Positions 37,119-46,344 of a stretch of DNA of 64,000 nucleotides are shown here, one piece after another; within the stretch, counting starts at the first letter, position 1; each line of letters starts with the position of its first letter. The DNA comes from Acutalibacteraceae bacterium (GTDB lineage: Bacteria > Bacillota > Clostridia > Oscillospirales > Acutalibacteraceae). Location: NCBI GenBank assembly GCA_045598225.1, contig JAZLLP010000006.1:22230-86229 (forward strand). The letters are read 5' to 3'. The translations under genes were made by a program, and so were the position numbers. A model generated the notes under the pieces. The model worked only from the letters and a program-made list of their open reading frames with translations, was not told where the DNA came from and ran no database searches.

Positions 37119-37174
37119 AGTTGCCGGTTGCTAGTTGCCGGTTGTTAGTTGCTAGTTGTTAGTTGCTGGTGGCA
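37119..37174 (+). repeat. tandem heptanucleotide array, 7-8 units
   Basis: Four nt after the nuclease TGA: AGTTGCC GGTTGCT AGTTGCC GGTTGTT AGTTGCT AGTTGTT AGTTGCT GGTGGCA. Confidence 0.9.
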
Positions 37175-37208
37175 GATATTAAAAAAAGAATAACAAAACG
37201 ATAATATA

Positions 37209-37236
37209 AGGGGCTGTGATTTTTTCACAGTCCCCT
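37209..37236. terminator. bidirectional intrinsic terminator
   Basis: AGGGGCTGTGA-TTTTT-TCACAGTCCCCT, between the array and the convergent XRE gene. Confidence 0.75.
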
Positions 37237-37237
37237 G

Positions 37238-37480
37238 TTATTTTATTTCCTGCTCAAGATTTCTGAATGTATCTGTGTCAAAAAATTCAGTTATTGAAAT
37301 ATCCAATCCGTCGCATATTTTCTTAATGGTTGTGATGCTTGGATTTTTGCTTTGATTATAAATGATTGACTTAACTGTTGTATAAGGGATTCCGGAGATA
37401 GTCGCAAGTCTGCAAAAGTTAATGTTACGTTCATTACACAGTTCTTCTATACGCATTTTAGTTGCTTCAACTATTGTCAT
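37238..37480 (-). CDS. XRE-family HTH transcriptional regulator
   Basis: Start at MTIVEATKMRIEELC (RBS AGGAGTG). HTH_3 pattern LATISGIPYTTVKSIIYNQSKNPSITTIKKICDGLDISITEFF. Confidence 0.8.
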   Translation of the reverse strand: MTIVEATKMRIEELCNERNINFCRLATISGIPYTTVKSIIYNQSKNPSITTIKKICDGLDISITEFFDTDTFRNLEQEIK

Positions 37481-37548
37481 CCATATCACTCCTGACAAAA
37501 TTATGATACTGATTTTGCAGGAATGATATAGACTACAAATTATACGAA

Positions 37549-37716
37549 TTACGATATATAGTCTTTTTTGACTTTTGCTGCAATCAACGCAATAAACAAT
37601 TCAGGATCAATATTATATCCCGCCATCTCTAAAGCCTTGCGAATTTCTGTTTCAACTTCTTCAGAAGTAGTGTTATTCTCCTTTGCTATTTGATTTAATA
37701 TTTTTTGATAACTCAT
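37549..37716 (-). CDS. small hypothetical protein (Spo0A C-terminal-like, phage/ICE-type)
   Basis: 55 aa from MSYQKILNQIAKENNTTSEEVETEIRKALEMAG (RBS AAAGGAGG). Family resemblance is from memory only. Confidence 0.5.
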   Translation of the reverse strand: MSYQKILNQIAKENNTTSEEVETEIRKALEMAGYNIDPELFIALIAAKVKKDYIS

Positions 37717-37780
37717 AATTTTGCCTCCTTTCAACAACATAGTATAATATATAGTCTATCAAAATTTGTCGAAAGGTGCG

Positions 37781-37853
37781 ATTAAAAAAATAAATTTGTT
37801 GTGATAATCAGTATTGTAGGTTTTTCGTTGATCGTGAGCATAAAAAGAAATAA
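37781..37853 (+). pseudogene. decayed copy of the type I toxin gene
   Basis: Aligns with 13796-13885 (GGTGCgATTaaa against GGTGCaATGgtt; ...TCGTTGAT...AAAAAGAAATAA(A)CCGCCC). The start codon is ATT and the frame is broken by TGA/TAG. An alternative GTG ORF at 37801-37908 (MIISIVGFSLIVSIKRNNRP...) keeps a hydrophobic segment. Confidence 0.4.
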
Positions 37854-37929
37854 CCGCCCCTCCGTCCAAAGAGTGCGGTTAAATCTTATCACATTTCTAA
37901 TGGCGTAACCGTCTATCGGTTGCCTTTTT
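37842..37929 (-). ncRNA. small RNA paralog, copy 3
   Basis: Minus-strand CTGACA -35, 16-nt spacer, TGcTATGAT -10 (37941-37936). Core GGCAACCGATAGACGGTTACGCC. Terminator AACCGC/GCGGTT plus U-run. More diverged than copies 1 and 2. Confidence 0.5.
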
Positions 37930-37966
37930 GTTATTATCATAGCATATCTTTTTCGTTTGTCAGTCT

Positions 37967-38127
37967 GCCAACCTGCAACTAACAACTAACAACTGGCAAC
38001 TGGCAACTAGCAACTAACAACTAACAACTAACAACTAGCAACCGGCAACTAACAACTGGCAACCGGCAACTAACAACTGGCAACTAACAACCGGCAACTG
38101 ACAACTGCCAACCGGCAACTGGCAACT
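37967..38127 (-). repeat. tandem heptanucleotide array, 23 units in perfect 7-nt register
   Basis: Minus-strand reading after the lysK TGA-TTTT: AGTTGCC AGTTGCC GGTTGGC AGTTGTC ... AGTTGCA GGTTGGC. 161 nt is exactly 23 x 7 with no indel, and it runs into the sRNA -35. Confidence 0.95.
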
Positions 38128-38131
38128 AAAA

Positions 38132-40153
38132 TCACTTAATCATAGTTCCCGTCGGTACGCAATCAGCGACAAATACTACCTGACAGCCGCAAGCGCCGTT
38201 TGTTGCGGCAAGAAGCATTCCGTTGCTTTCAACACCCGAAAATCTTGCAGGTTCAAGGTTTGCAATAACAATAATCTTTTTACCGACAAGTTGTTCGCAG
38301 GTGTATTCGCTTTTGATTGATGAAACAATTACACGGTTTTCGCCGCTTCCGTCATCGAGAGTAAGTTTAAGACAACTGTGCGATTTTCTTATTTCCTGCG
38401 CTTTTACTATTTCGCATACACGAAGGTCAAGTTTTGCAAAATCGTCAATCGAAACTTTTTCTTCTTTGAAAGGCGTGAAAGCGTCTGCTTCGCCGTAAAC
38501 GTGTTTGTCCTCATTTTCCTGCTTTTCTTCCTCAACGGGTGCTTTCGCTTCCTCTTCTGTTTTGTCGTAAGAGAAATCAAGAAGACCGACATATTTCTGC
38601 GGGTCAATAGCATAAAGGAAGAGGTAAAGACGTGGACCTTTTTCTTTGTCAATAAGAAGTTTGTAAATGTTTTTGAAGAATGTTCCCTGAAGTGCTTTAA
38701 GCGCTTTTTCGTCAAGTTCTTCGCCGCTTACTTCTTTCGGAATTGCGTAAAGTTTTTTGTTGAGTTCGTCAAGAGTGTAGCCGCCTTTTGAAATGTATTC
38801 AAAAAGTGCTTTTACTTCTGCTTTCTGCGGCTCTGTGAGTGTTTCGTAAACATCCCAGTTACGAAGAGTACGAAGTCTGTTTACCTGGTCGGGAGCGCAG
38901 TTTTCAAGCCAGTATTTCGCTCTTTCAAGTCTGTCGGAGAACTGTTCATATTTATACGGTGTACCTATTTTTTCAAAAACGGTTTCAAGCATAGGTATGT
39001 TGAAGTCAACAACCGAACCCATCTGAACAAGAAGGCTCATGGGAACGGTGTCAAGTTCTCTGTCGCCTACCGTTGTGTTATACATTATTTCAAGTTGTGC
39101 GTTTGACGCCGTACCGTCTTTTATTGCGTTATACATTTTGTCAAACTCAAAATACTGACGGAGAATACCGTCATCAAAACAGAAATCAAACGCCTTTAAC
39201 GGCTCTGTTTTTGAATAAAGCCACAAAATAACTTCGGGCTCATATATTTTAAGAAGCGTTTCGGGAGTAAGGTTAAGTCCCGATGAACCGGACATTTTGC
39301 CCGTTGTGCCTTTTATGCCTATAAATTCATATCCCTGGAATATCGGCGGCTCATAGTTGAATATTTTTCTTGCAATATCTTTACTTGTGTCATAACTGCC
39401 GTGAGGTGAAGCGTGGTCTTTTCCGCCCGGCTCAAAGTCAACGCCCTCATACATCCAGCGCATGGGCCAGTCAATTTTCCACGCAAGTTTGCAGTTGAAA
39501 TCTTTTGTAAAATCAAAAGTTCCTTTATGACCGCATGCACATTCGTATTCGGCAACTGTGCAGTCATCGGAAAGTGATGTGATTTTTGTAGTATCTCTGC
39601 CGCATTCGGGACAGTAAATGCTTACGGGGTAATAATTCTCTCTTTCGCCGTCCTGCGCTTTCTGTGTGCGGTGGCTGTCGAGAATATCAAATATTTCGCC
39701 CCTCTTTTTAAGAGCAAGAAGAATGTATTCCGTATATTTGCCACTTCTGTACATATCTGCCTGATAGCGGTAATCCATATCAATACCGAATTTTACAATG
39801 GAGTCCATAAACTCTTTTTCAAAATATTCGGCATAGGTTTTTGCGTCTGACTCCTTAAAAGGATTCCTTACATCAACGTACGGACAGCCGATATATTTTT
39901 CCATATCATCATCAACTGCGGCAACGTTTACGGGAACTTTTCTCATTCTGTCGAACTCGTCCCACGAGAAAAGAAGTTTTGCTTTTTTACCTTTTTTTCT
40001 GAGTGCGCGTACAACAAAGTAACTTGTCGCTATATCACGGAAATTGCCTATGTGTATTGAGCCTGACGGACTAATACCGGCAGCACAGACGTATTCTTCC
40101 TTATCGGGATTTCTTCTGATTATTCTTTCCGCTATTTCTTCTGACCAATGCAT
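38132..40153 (-). CDS. lysK: class I lysine--tRNA ligase fused to a C-terminal tRNA-binding (Trbp111/EMAP-like) domain
   Basis: 673 aa. SPSGSIHIGNFRD (HIGH-type) and GKMSGSSG (KMSKS-type) class I LysRS motifs. The last ~110 aa (DLRVCEIVKAQEI...GVESNGMLLAA) resemble an OB-fold tRNA-binding domain. Confidence 0.8.
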   Translation of the reverse strand: MHWSEEIAERIIRRNPDKEEYVCAAGISPSGSIHIGNFRDIATSYFVVRALRKKGKKAKLLFSWDEFDRMRKVPVNVAAVDDDMEKYIGCPYVDVRNPFKESDAKTYAEYFEKEFMDSIVKFGIDMDYRYQADMYRSGKYTEYILLALKKRGEIFDILDSHRTQKAQDGERENYYPVSIYCPECGRDTTKITSLSDDCTVAEYECACGHKGTFDFTKDFNCKLAWKIDWPMRWMYEGVDFEPGGKDHASPHGSYDTSKDIARKIFNYEPPIFQGYEFIGIKGTTGKMSGSSGLNLTPETLLKIYEPEVILWLYSKTEPLKAFDFCFDDGILRQYFEFDKMYNAIKDGTASNAQLEIMYNTTVGDRELDTVPMSLLVQMGSVVDFNIPMLETVFEKIGTPYKYEQFSDRLERAKYWLENCAPDQVNRLRTLRNWDVYETLTEPQKAEVKALFEYISKGGYTLDELNKKLYAIPKEVSGEELDEKALKALQGTFFKNIYKLLIDKEKGPRLYLFLYAIDPQKYVGLLDFSYDKTEEEAKAPVEEEKQENEDKHVYGEADAFTPFKEEKVSIDDFAKLDLRVCEIVKAQEIRKSHSCLKLTLDDGSGENRVIVSSIKSEYTCEQLVGKKIIVIANLEPARFSGVESNGMLLAATNGACGCQVVFVADCVPTGTMIK

Positions 40154-40326
40154 AACATCACTCTTTCGGTTTTCTTTTTATACAAATAAGTATTTTACAA
40201 TATTATACATTTTATGTCAAGGTGAAAAACACATGATGACTGTCAGGTATAAAAACCGGCTGTGACGAAGTAAAAGCCCGCCACAACCGGTTTTTTAAAA
40301 TTTTATTATCTCTGCTTTTTTTAATC

Positions 40327-41316
40327 TTAATTATTTACCAAATCTGTGTACTGATAAGCACGGACATAGTCAACAATAAACTCTGCCGGAAGTTCGTCTT
40401 TATTGTTGTCTGTAATAACGCCCGACCAGCCGTAATAGGGTTCACCGTCAACGCCGTCAACCTCGCAGGAAAGAATCATAAATTCGGGAGCCTTTGAAAC
40501 TCCGCCGTAATCGCTTCTTCCGACTTCAACGCCGTTTACATAGAAAATATATTCATCCTCATTCCATTCAAGTCCGTAAGTGTTATACTCGGTATAAGGA
40601 TTTACCGCCTTTGAAATCGCAACATTTGTATATTTTGTCTGCAAACCGTACCCGCAGTAATGAAGATTTGATGTAACCATATTGTTATCCTGTCCGGTCA
40701 ATTTTCTGTAATAAAACGGCGACTCAAAAACATCAATCTCGGTGCCTTCCGTGCCGGGTGTTCCGTCTACGGAAACCGCTTCATTTGTAAGCCAGAACGC
40801 AGACCACATACCCTGTGCCGCCGGAAGAATACAACGGCATTCATAATACCCGTATGTCTGGGTGTATTTATTTCGTGTATCAACACGGTCTGAATAATAC
40901 CCTGCACCGTATTTGCCGTCTTCTTTATAATTTGTTTTAATTACAAGATTTCCGTCACGAAGAAAAGTCTGGTCCTTATCCCAATACCCGCCTTTTCTTA
41001 CGCCGTTACTGCAATTCCATACACTTGAATCGAGCGTTTCACCGTCAAATTCATCTTCAAAAACAAGCGTAAACTTGGACATATCAACCTGTCTTGAAAA
41101 TACAGGCTGCCACGGAAAACGCACAATCATAAGAAGTCTGTTAACAATATCAATAATTACATTTGTAAGTTTATCAAATGCGTTTTGAAATCCCGCCGGA
41201 ACTTCGATTGTTGTGTTGTTTGCCGTCGCCTTAACCGAAAAAACCGGATTTGCCGCACCGAACAGTAAAGTCAGACACAACACAAGCGACAGTACAACGG
41301 TAAGTTTTTTCTTCAT
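40327..41316 (-). CDS. GH16 family beta-glucanase (secreted)
   Basis: Start at MKKKLTVVLSLVLCLTLLFG (signal peptide). EDEFDG and catalytic-type GTEIDVFE motif. Confidence 0.8.
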   Translation of the reverse strand: MKKKLTVVLSLVLCLTLLFGAANPVFSVKATANNTTIEVPAGFQNAFDKLTNVIIDIVNRLLMIVRFPWQPVFSRQVDMSKFTLVFEDEFDGETLDSSVWNCSNGVRKGGYWDKDQTFLRDGNLVIKTNYKEDGKYGAGYYSDRVDTRNKYTQTYGYYECRCILPAAQGMWSAFWLTNEAVSVDGTPGTEGTEIDVFESPFYYRKLTGQDNNMVTSNLHYCGYGLQTKYTNVAISKAVNPYTEYNTYGLEWNEDEYIFYVNGVEVGRSDYGGVSKAPEFMILSCEVDGVDGEPYYGWSGVITDNNKDELPAEFIVDYVRAYQYTDLVNN

Positions 41317-41461
41317 AGTTTTAACAACCCTTTCGCTGTGCCGTAAAAATATAATATTTTTCACCGACACACAAAATACATAATCACAAGGCGAAAACCA
41401 TCACCTGTATTATAAGTACATTATACCGACGTGTAAATTTTTGTCAACATAAAAAAGAATT

Positions 41462-42394
41462 TTATTTGTTATTAAAAGCAGGCGTTGACAAATATCTTTC
41501 GCCCGTATCGGGTAAAAGCGCAACTATTGTTTTGCCTTTGTTTTCGGGAAGTTTTGCGATTTGCTCTGCGACATATACAGCCGCACCCGAAGTAATGCCG
41601 ACAAGTATTCCCTCTTTTCGTGCAAGGTCTCTTACTGTTTTGTATGCACTTTCGTCATCAACCGTCACAACTTCATCAATTAAAGACATATCAAGTATTT
41701 CGGGTTTAAAACCTGCGCCTATGCCCTGAAGACCGTGAGCACCCGAAGTTCCCTTTGTTAAAAACGGAGAGCCGGAAGGCTCAAAGCCGACTGTTTTTAT
41801 TTCGGGATTTTTTTCTTTCAGATATTTTGCCGTTCCCGTTATTGTGCCGCCCGTACCTATACCGGCAACGAAAATGTCAACGGTGCCGTCTGTGTCACGC
41901 CATATTTCCGGACCTGTTGTAAGGTAATGCGCCTGCGGATTTGACGGATTGTCAAACTGCCCCGGAAGAAAACTGCCGGGCGTGTTTTCGTGAATTTCTT
42001 TTGCTTTTTCTATTGCGCCCGCCATACCTTTTTTGCCGTCTGTAAGAACTATTTCGGCACCGTACGCCTTTAAAAGATTCTGCCTTTCAACGCTCATTGT
42101 TTCGGGCATGGTGAGTACGACTTTATACCCTTTTGAAGATGCCACCGCCGCAAGACCTATACCCGTATTTCCGCTTGTCGGCTCAATTATTACCGCACCT
42201 TTTTTGAGTTTACCCTCTGCTTCGGCATTTTTTATCATATTAACCGCAACTCTGTCTTTGGCACTTCCGGCAGGATTGAAACATTCAAGTTTTGCGAGTA
42301 TAAGCGCATCTGTTTTTATTTCATTTTCAATATTTGAAAGTTCGTAAAGCGGAGTGTTTCCCGTAAGTTCCGAAAAATTTTTCTTAATGTTCAT
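41462..42394 (-). CDS. cysK: cysteine synthase A (O-acetylserine sulfhydrylase)
   Basis: 310 aa. GNTPL, PLP-Lys NPAGSAKDR, TSGNTGIGLA and GIGTGGT. Confidence 0.92.
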   Translation of the reverse strand: MNIKKNFSELTGNTPLYELSNIENEIKTDALILAKLECFNPAGSAKDRVAVNMIKNAEAEGKLKKGAVIIEPTSGNTGIGLAAVASSKGYKVVLTMPETMSVERQNLLKAYGAEIVLTDGKKGMAGAIEKAKEIHENTPGSFLPGQFDNPSNPQAHYLTTGPEIWRDTDGTVDIFVAGIGTGGTITGTAKYLKEKNPEIKTVGFEPSGSPFLTKGTSGAHGLQGIGAGFKPEILDMSLIDEVVTVDDESAYKTVRDLARKEGILVGITSGAAVYVAEQIAKLPENKGKTIVALLPDTGERYLSTPAFNNK

Positions 42395-42569
42395 AATTAT
42401 AAAAACTCTGACGCCGTATAATACAGCGTATGTCCGTTCCTCTCTTTATAAATATCTTTATTATTATACTACTTTCGTTTTTTATCTGCAACTTCAGATG
42501 TTTATTTTTTTATTGAAAATCGGATATAAAAGTGGTATTATAAATATATAATTTTTACGGAGGTGCGGT

Positions 42570-42935
42570 ATGCAGTTACAGGAATCAGGCGAAATGTATC
42601 TTGAAACAATTTATATTCTGTCAACAAAAAGCGACTGTGTCCGTTCTCTTGACGTTGCCGAATATATGAATTTTTCAAAACCGAGCGTAAGCCGTGCTGT
42701 CAGCCTTTTAAAACAGGGCGAATATATTACCGTTGATAAAGACGGGTTTTTGCATCTTACCGAAATCGGTAAAAAAACCGCCGTTAAAATATATGAACGC
42801 CACACAATGCTCACCGAATTTCTTATTAAACTCGGCGTAAGTGCTTCCGTTGCAACGGAAGATGCCTGCAAAATCGAGCACGATATAAGTGACGAATCTT
42901 TTGAAGCTATAAAAAAGCACGCACAAAACATTTAA
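42570..42935 (+). CDS. DtxR/MntR family metal-dependent transcriptional regulator
   Basis: 121 aa. EMYLETIYIL, wHTH SLDVAEYMNFSKPSVSRAV and a helical dimerisation/metal region with EHD. Confidence 0.85.
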   Translation: MQLQESGEMYLETIYILSTKSDCVRSLDVAEYMNFSKPSVSRAVSLLKQGEYITVDKDGFLHLTEIGKKTAVKIYERHTMLTEFLIKLGVSASVATEDACKIEHDISDESFEAIKKHAQNI

Positions 42936-42945
42936 TAAAAAAATT

Positions 42946-42971
42946 AAACTTCGGAGTTTTTTCCGAAGTTT
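42946..42971 (+). terminator. intrinsic terminator
   Basis: AAACTTCGGA-GTTTTT-TCCGAAGTTT followed by a T-run. Confidence 0.75.
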
Positions 42972-43049
42972 TTTGTTTTATACTTTTGTGTGTTTACATT
43001 TTTTTATTATGTGATAAAATATAATAAATGAGTAACAGAAGGTGTTTTT

Positions 43050-44129
43050 ATGACTGCTGAACTTGAAAAAAGAAAAGTACCCGATATTTTTACGTTTTTT
43101 GACGGTAAAAAAGTTGAAACTTCCGAAGACTGGGAAAAGAGAAAGGCGGAACTGCGCTCATATTTTCAGGAGGAAATGTACGGCGTTCTTCCCGAGAAAC
43201 CGCTGTCAGTCACTTCCGAAATATATTATTCGGAAGACAATTACTGTGCAGGTAAAGCATTACTTAAAAAAATAAATCTTACGCTCCATTTTGAAAATAA
43301 AGATTTTACTTTTCCGATTACCTCTGTTATTCCGAAGAAAAAGGCAAAACTTACTTTTCTTCTCATAAATTTCCGTGACAACGTTCCCGACAGATATTAT
43401 CCGACGGAAGAAATAATTGACAGCGAATGTGCCGGCATTTCTTTCAATTATAAAGATGTATCTTCCGACGACAATGATTTTACAAACGGTCTTGCCGGTG
43501 TATTTTTTGAAAACGGAGAACGCAATAACAACGGAGCAAGTAAAATAACACTTTGGGCGTACGCCGCTATGCGTGTTCTTGACTACATTGAAACCGTACC
43601 CGAACTTGATGCTTCGAGAACAGTAGTTATAGGTCATTCACGTCTCGGAAAAACCGCACTTTTTACGGGTGCTCTCGACAGCAGATTTTACGGCGTTATT
43701 TCTAACGACTCGGGTTGCTGCGGTGCTGCAATAACACGGGGAAAAATCGGTGAAACTTATAAAAAAATAAATGATGTATTCCCGTTCTGGTTCTGCAAAA
43801 ATTTTGAAAAATATGCAGAAAGTAAAGAAGAATTCAAAACAGACCAGAATGCGCTCATTGCTTTGTCTGCACCGAACAAAGTATATGTTGCAAGCGCAGA
43901 AGAAGACAGTTGGGCTGACCCGTATTCCGAATTTCTCGGAATTTACTCCGCTTCAGCCGCTTACGGATTTTACGGTAAAAAAGGATTTTCCGAAAACTGC
44001 GAATTTCTTAATGAGCCGTTTAAAATACACGGTGAAAACTGCGCTTACAGAATGAGAGCGGGCACTCACTATTTAGGCAGAGAAGACTGGCAAAACTACA
44101 TTGAATATTTTACGGAAGTGAAGAAATGA
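43050..44129 (+). CDS. alpha/beta hydrolase, CE15 glucuronoyl-esterase-like
   Basis: 359 aa. GHSRLGKTAL resembles the GCSRxGK nucleophile motif of CE15. No signal peptide. Confidence 0.6.
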   Translation: MTAELEKRKVPDIFTFFDGKKVETSEDWEKRKAELRSYFQEEMYGVLPEKPLSVTSEIYYSEDNYCAGKALLKKINLTLHFENKDFTFPITSVIPKKKAKLTFLLINFRDNVPDRYYPTEEIIDSECAGISFNYKDVSSDDNDFTNGLAGVFFENGERNNNGASKITLWAYAAMRVLDYIETVPELDASRTVVIGHSRLGKTALFTGALDSRFYGVISNDSGCCGAAITRGKIGETYKKINDVFPFWFCKNFEKYAESKEEFKTDQNALIALSAPNKVYVASAEEDSWADPYSEFLGIYSASAAYGFYGKKGFSENCEFLNEPFKIHGENCAYRMRAGTHYLGREDWQNYIEYFTEVKK

Positions 44130-45826
44130 AATACGATTTTACAAGCATTCCCGACCGTTCAAAAGACGGTGCGGCAAAATGGAATGAGGGCGCATCAACA
44201 GAATTTGTTCCGCTTTCGGTTGCAGATATGGAGTTTTATACTGCACCGAAAATAAAGGAAGCATTAAAAAATCTTGCGGAAAATTCAATACTCGGCTATA
44301 CCAATCCTACTGAAAGATATTATGAAGCACTTAAAAACTGGATGAAACGCCGTCACGGTTTTGATATTGAAAACGAATGGGTAATTACCACTCCGGGCGT
44401 TGTTGACGCATTGGGGCTTATTATTGACGGTGTTACAAATGTCGGTGAAGCGGTGCTTATTCTTACGCCTGTTTACTATCCTTTTGATATGTCTGTTGTT
44501 GCAAAGGGCAGACACATAGTTTACAGCAAACTCATAAATAATAACGGTATTTACGAAATTGACCGTGAAGATTTTCTTAAAAAGGTAAAAAGAAAAGATG
44601 TTACCGCCTTGCTTCTTTCAAATCCGCACAACCCGGTAGGTAAAGTGTGGACAAAAGAAGAACTTACATTTTTTGCAGAAAACTGCTGTGAAAACAACGT
44701 TTTCATAATAGATGACGAAATACATAACGACCTCATTATGAAAGGTTATGAACACACCGTTTTAGCAAACATAAGTGAAGACATTAAAAATAACTGTGCC
44801 GTTTGCACCGCACCGAGTAAAACTTTTAACCTTGCGGGTCTTCAATGCTCCAACATCATTATTCCGAATAAGGAATACCGTCAGAAAGTTGAACTTTGCA
44901 GTAAAATAAACCTTCACTCACACCTTAACATTTTCGCTTACACGGCGTGCGAAACCGCATACAATGAATGTGAGGACTGGCTCGAAGAACTTCTCGGGGT
45001 AATTAAGAGCAACGCCGAATACGTTGAAAACTTTATGAAAAAGAATTTCCCGTCGGTAAAATGTTCACCGCTTGAGGGAACTTACCTTCAATGGCTTGAT
45101 ATGCGTTCGCTCGGTTTCACTCACGAAGAAATGAAAGAAATTCTCGAAGGTGAAAAAATATTCGTTGACAACGGCGAAATGTTCGGCGTTTGCGGCAGAG
45201 GTTTTCAGCGTATAAACCTTGCGTGTGCTCAAAAAACGCTTGAATCTGCTTTGGAAAGATTTAAAAACGGCGTAAATAAAAAACTTTGCGAATATGAAAA
45301 AAACGGAAAGCCCGTTCATATCAATCTTGAAAAAGGCGTTGAGTTCACCGATACAGAAAAAGACGGTAAAAAGAAAATAATTGCATTTTCAAGACCGCTC
45401 GGCTCATATTTCAGCGAAAACATTTTCTCATATCTTGACGGTATTTACGAAAAAACAGATAAAGATATTTATGTTTTTGTTCCGTCAGAAAAAGAAATTA
45501 CCGCAAAAGAAAACGAAAAGCACGCCTATACGCTCATTTCCGATGAAAACGGCGATATTTTCAAAAAATACAACTGTTTTGAAACGTTCAGCGGAATACA
45601 ACTTGTTGCAGGCGATGAAAGTTTTGAACAGTATTGCGACAAAATTGTCAATAAACCGCTTTTCGATACCGAACTTTTAAAAATACTTTTCGGCATTTCC
45701 GAAAATAACATTAAAAGAAATCTTCAACTTCCCGTTTTTGCCGTGCTTGACGAAAATAACACGGTTATAAGCGCATATTACGGCGAAACGGCTAATGACT
45801 TTCCTGAAAAAACATTTTTTAATTGA
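44126..45826 (+). CDS. MalY/PatB-type PLP-dependent C-S lyase with ~170-aa C-terminal extension
   Basis: 566 aa, ATGA overlap with the upstream gene. N-terminal ~390 aa are aminotransferase class I/II-like (SNPHNPVGKVW, SKTFNLAGL). The C-terminal region has no motif I recognise. Confidence 0.75.
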   Translation: MKYDFTSIPDRSKDGAAKWNEGASTEFVPLSVADMEFYTAPKIKEALKNLAENSILGYTNPTERYYEALKNWMKRRHGFDIENEWVITTPGVVDALGLIIDGVTNVGEAVLILTPVYYPFDMSVVAKGRHIVYSKLINNNGIYEIDREDFLKKVKRKDVTALLLSNPHNPVGKVWTKEELTFFAENCCENNVFIIDDEIHNDLIMKGYEHTVLANISEDIKNNCAVCTAPSKTFNLAGLQCSNIIIPNKEYRQKVELCSKINLHSHLNIFAYTACETAYNECEDWLEELLGVIKSNAEYVENFMKKNFPSVKCSPLEGTYLQWLDMRSLGFTHEEMKEILEGEKIFVDNGEMFGVCGRGFQRINLACAQKTLESALERFKNGVNKKLCEYEKNGKPVHINLEKGVEFTDTEKDGKKKIIAFSRPLGSYFSENIFSYLDGIYEKTDKDIYVFVPSEKEITAKENEKHAYTLISDENGDIFKKYNCFETFSGIQLVAGDESFEQYCDKIVNKPLFDTELLKILFGISENNIKRNLQLPVFAVLDENNTVISAYYGETANDFPEKTFFN

Positions 45827-45866
45827 GTATCGGTAAATGTATAATATATCATTTTTTCCATATCAT

Positions 45867-45898
45867 ATAGTGTACACAGTTGACATTGTGTACACTAT
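45867..45898. promoter_or_regulatory. palindromic operator overlapping a promoter
   Basis: ATAGTGTACAC-N10-GTGTACACTAT, with TTGACA (45880-45885) in the centre and TATTATAAT 17 nt downstream. Confidence 0.6.
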
Positions 45899-45924
45899 AT
45901 GTTATTATAATGGAGGTAAAGGAG

Positions 45925-46344
45925 ATGAAAAGTATGCCGACAACAACCGCTACCGATATTCGCAAAAACTGGAGTAAAACTTTAGATATAGTTTCACGAA
46001 AAAAACCGATTATGTTTACACGTACACATGATGATTTTCTTGTTTCCAATACAGAACTTGTATATTCTTTGTTAGATGCTTATACTTTTACGGCAGAAAA
46101 ATTCATTGAATCAGACGGCAGTGTAACCTTATCGTTAAATGAAATTGATATAGTTGAAAATGCGCCAACACAGGAAGATGCTATATCGGCACTCAAATTG
46201 TCGATTATTGAATATGCCAAAGACTTCTATGAAGAATTTGAGGTGTGGTACACTGCTTCTAACAGAAAAAAACATGTACCTTATGTTTTAAAGGCTCTGC
46301 TTTGCGATGATATTAAAGAACTGGAGTTGAATATCATTGCCTAA
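45925..46344 (+). CDS. Phd/YefM-like antitoxin-domain protein with extended C-terminus
   Basis: About 139 aa from MKSMPTTTATDIRKNWSKTLDIVSRKKPIMFTRTHDDFLV (typical Phd/YefM N-terminus), with an autoregulatory-looking operator upstream. Confidence 0.5.
   Translation: MKSMPTTTATDIRKNWSKTLDIVSRKKPIMFTRTHDDFLVSNTELVYSLLDAYTFTAEKFIESDGSVTLSLNEIDIVENAPTQEDAISALKLSIIEYAKDFYEEFEVWYTASNRKKHVPYVLKALLCDDIKELELNIIA

Noticed and set aside
37782-37985. 67-aa minus-strand ORF over the sRNA copy 3 and toxin remnant.
   Set aside because: It runs through a terminator hairpin, a promoter and part of the heptamer array. It has no RBS, and the same sequence is non-coding in the other two copies.
40154-40326. 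Possible T-box or other riboswitch leaders upstream of lysK, glyA (19407-19616) and cysK (42395-42569).
   Set aside because: The leaders are too short (about 45-90 nt after the best promoters). I could not find a specifier loop, a T-box sequence or known riboswitch cores. Only a small 8-bp hairpin precedes cysK.
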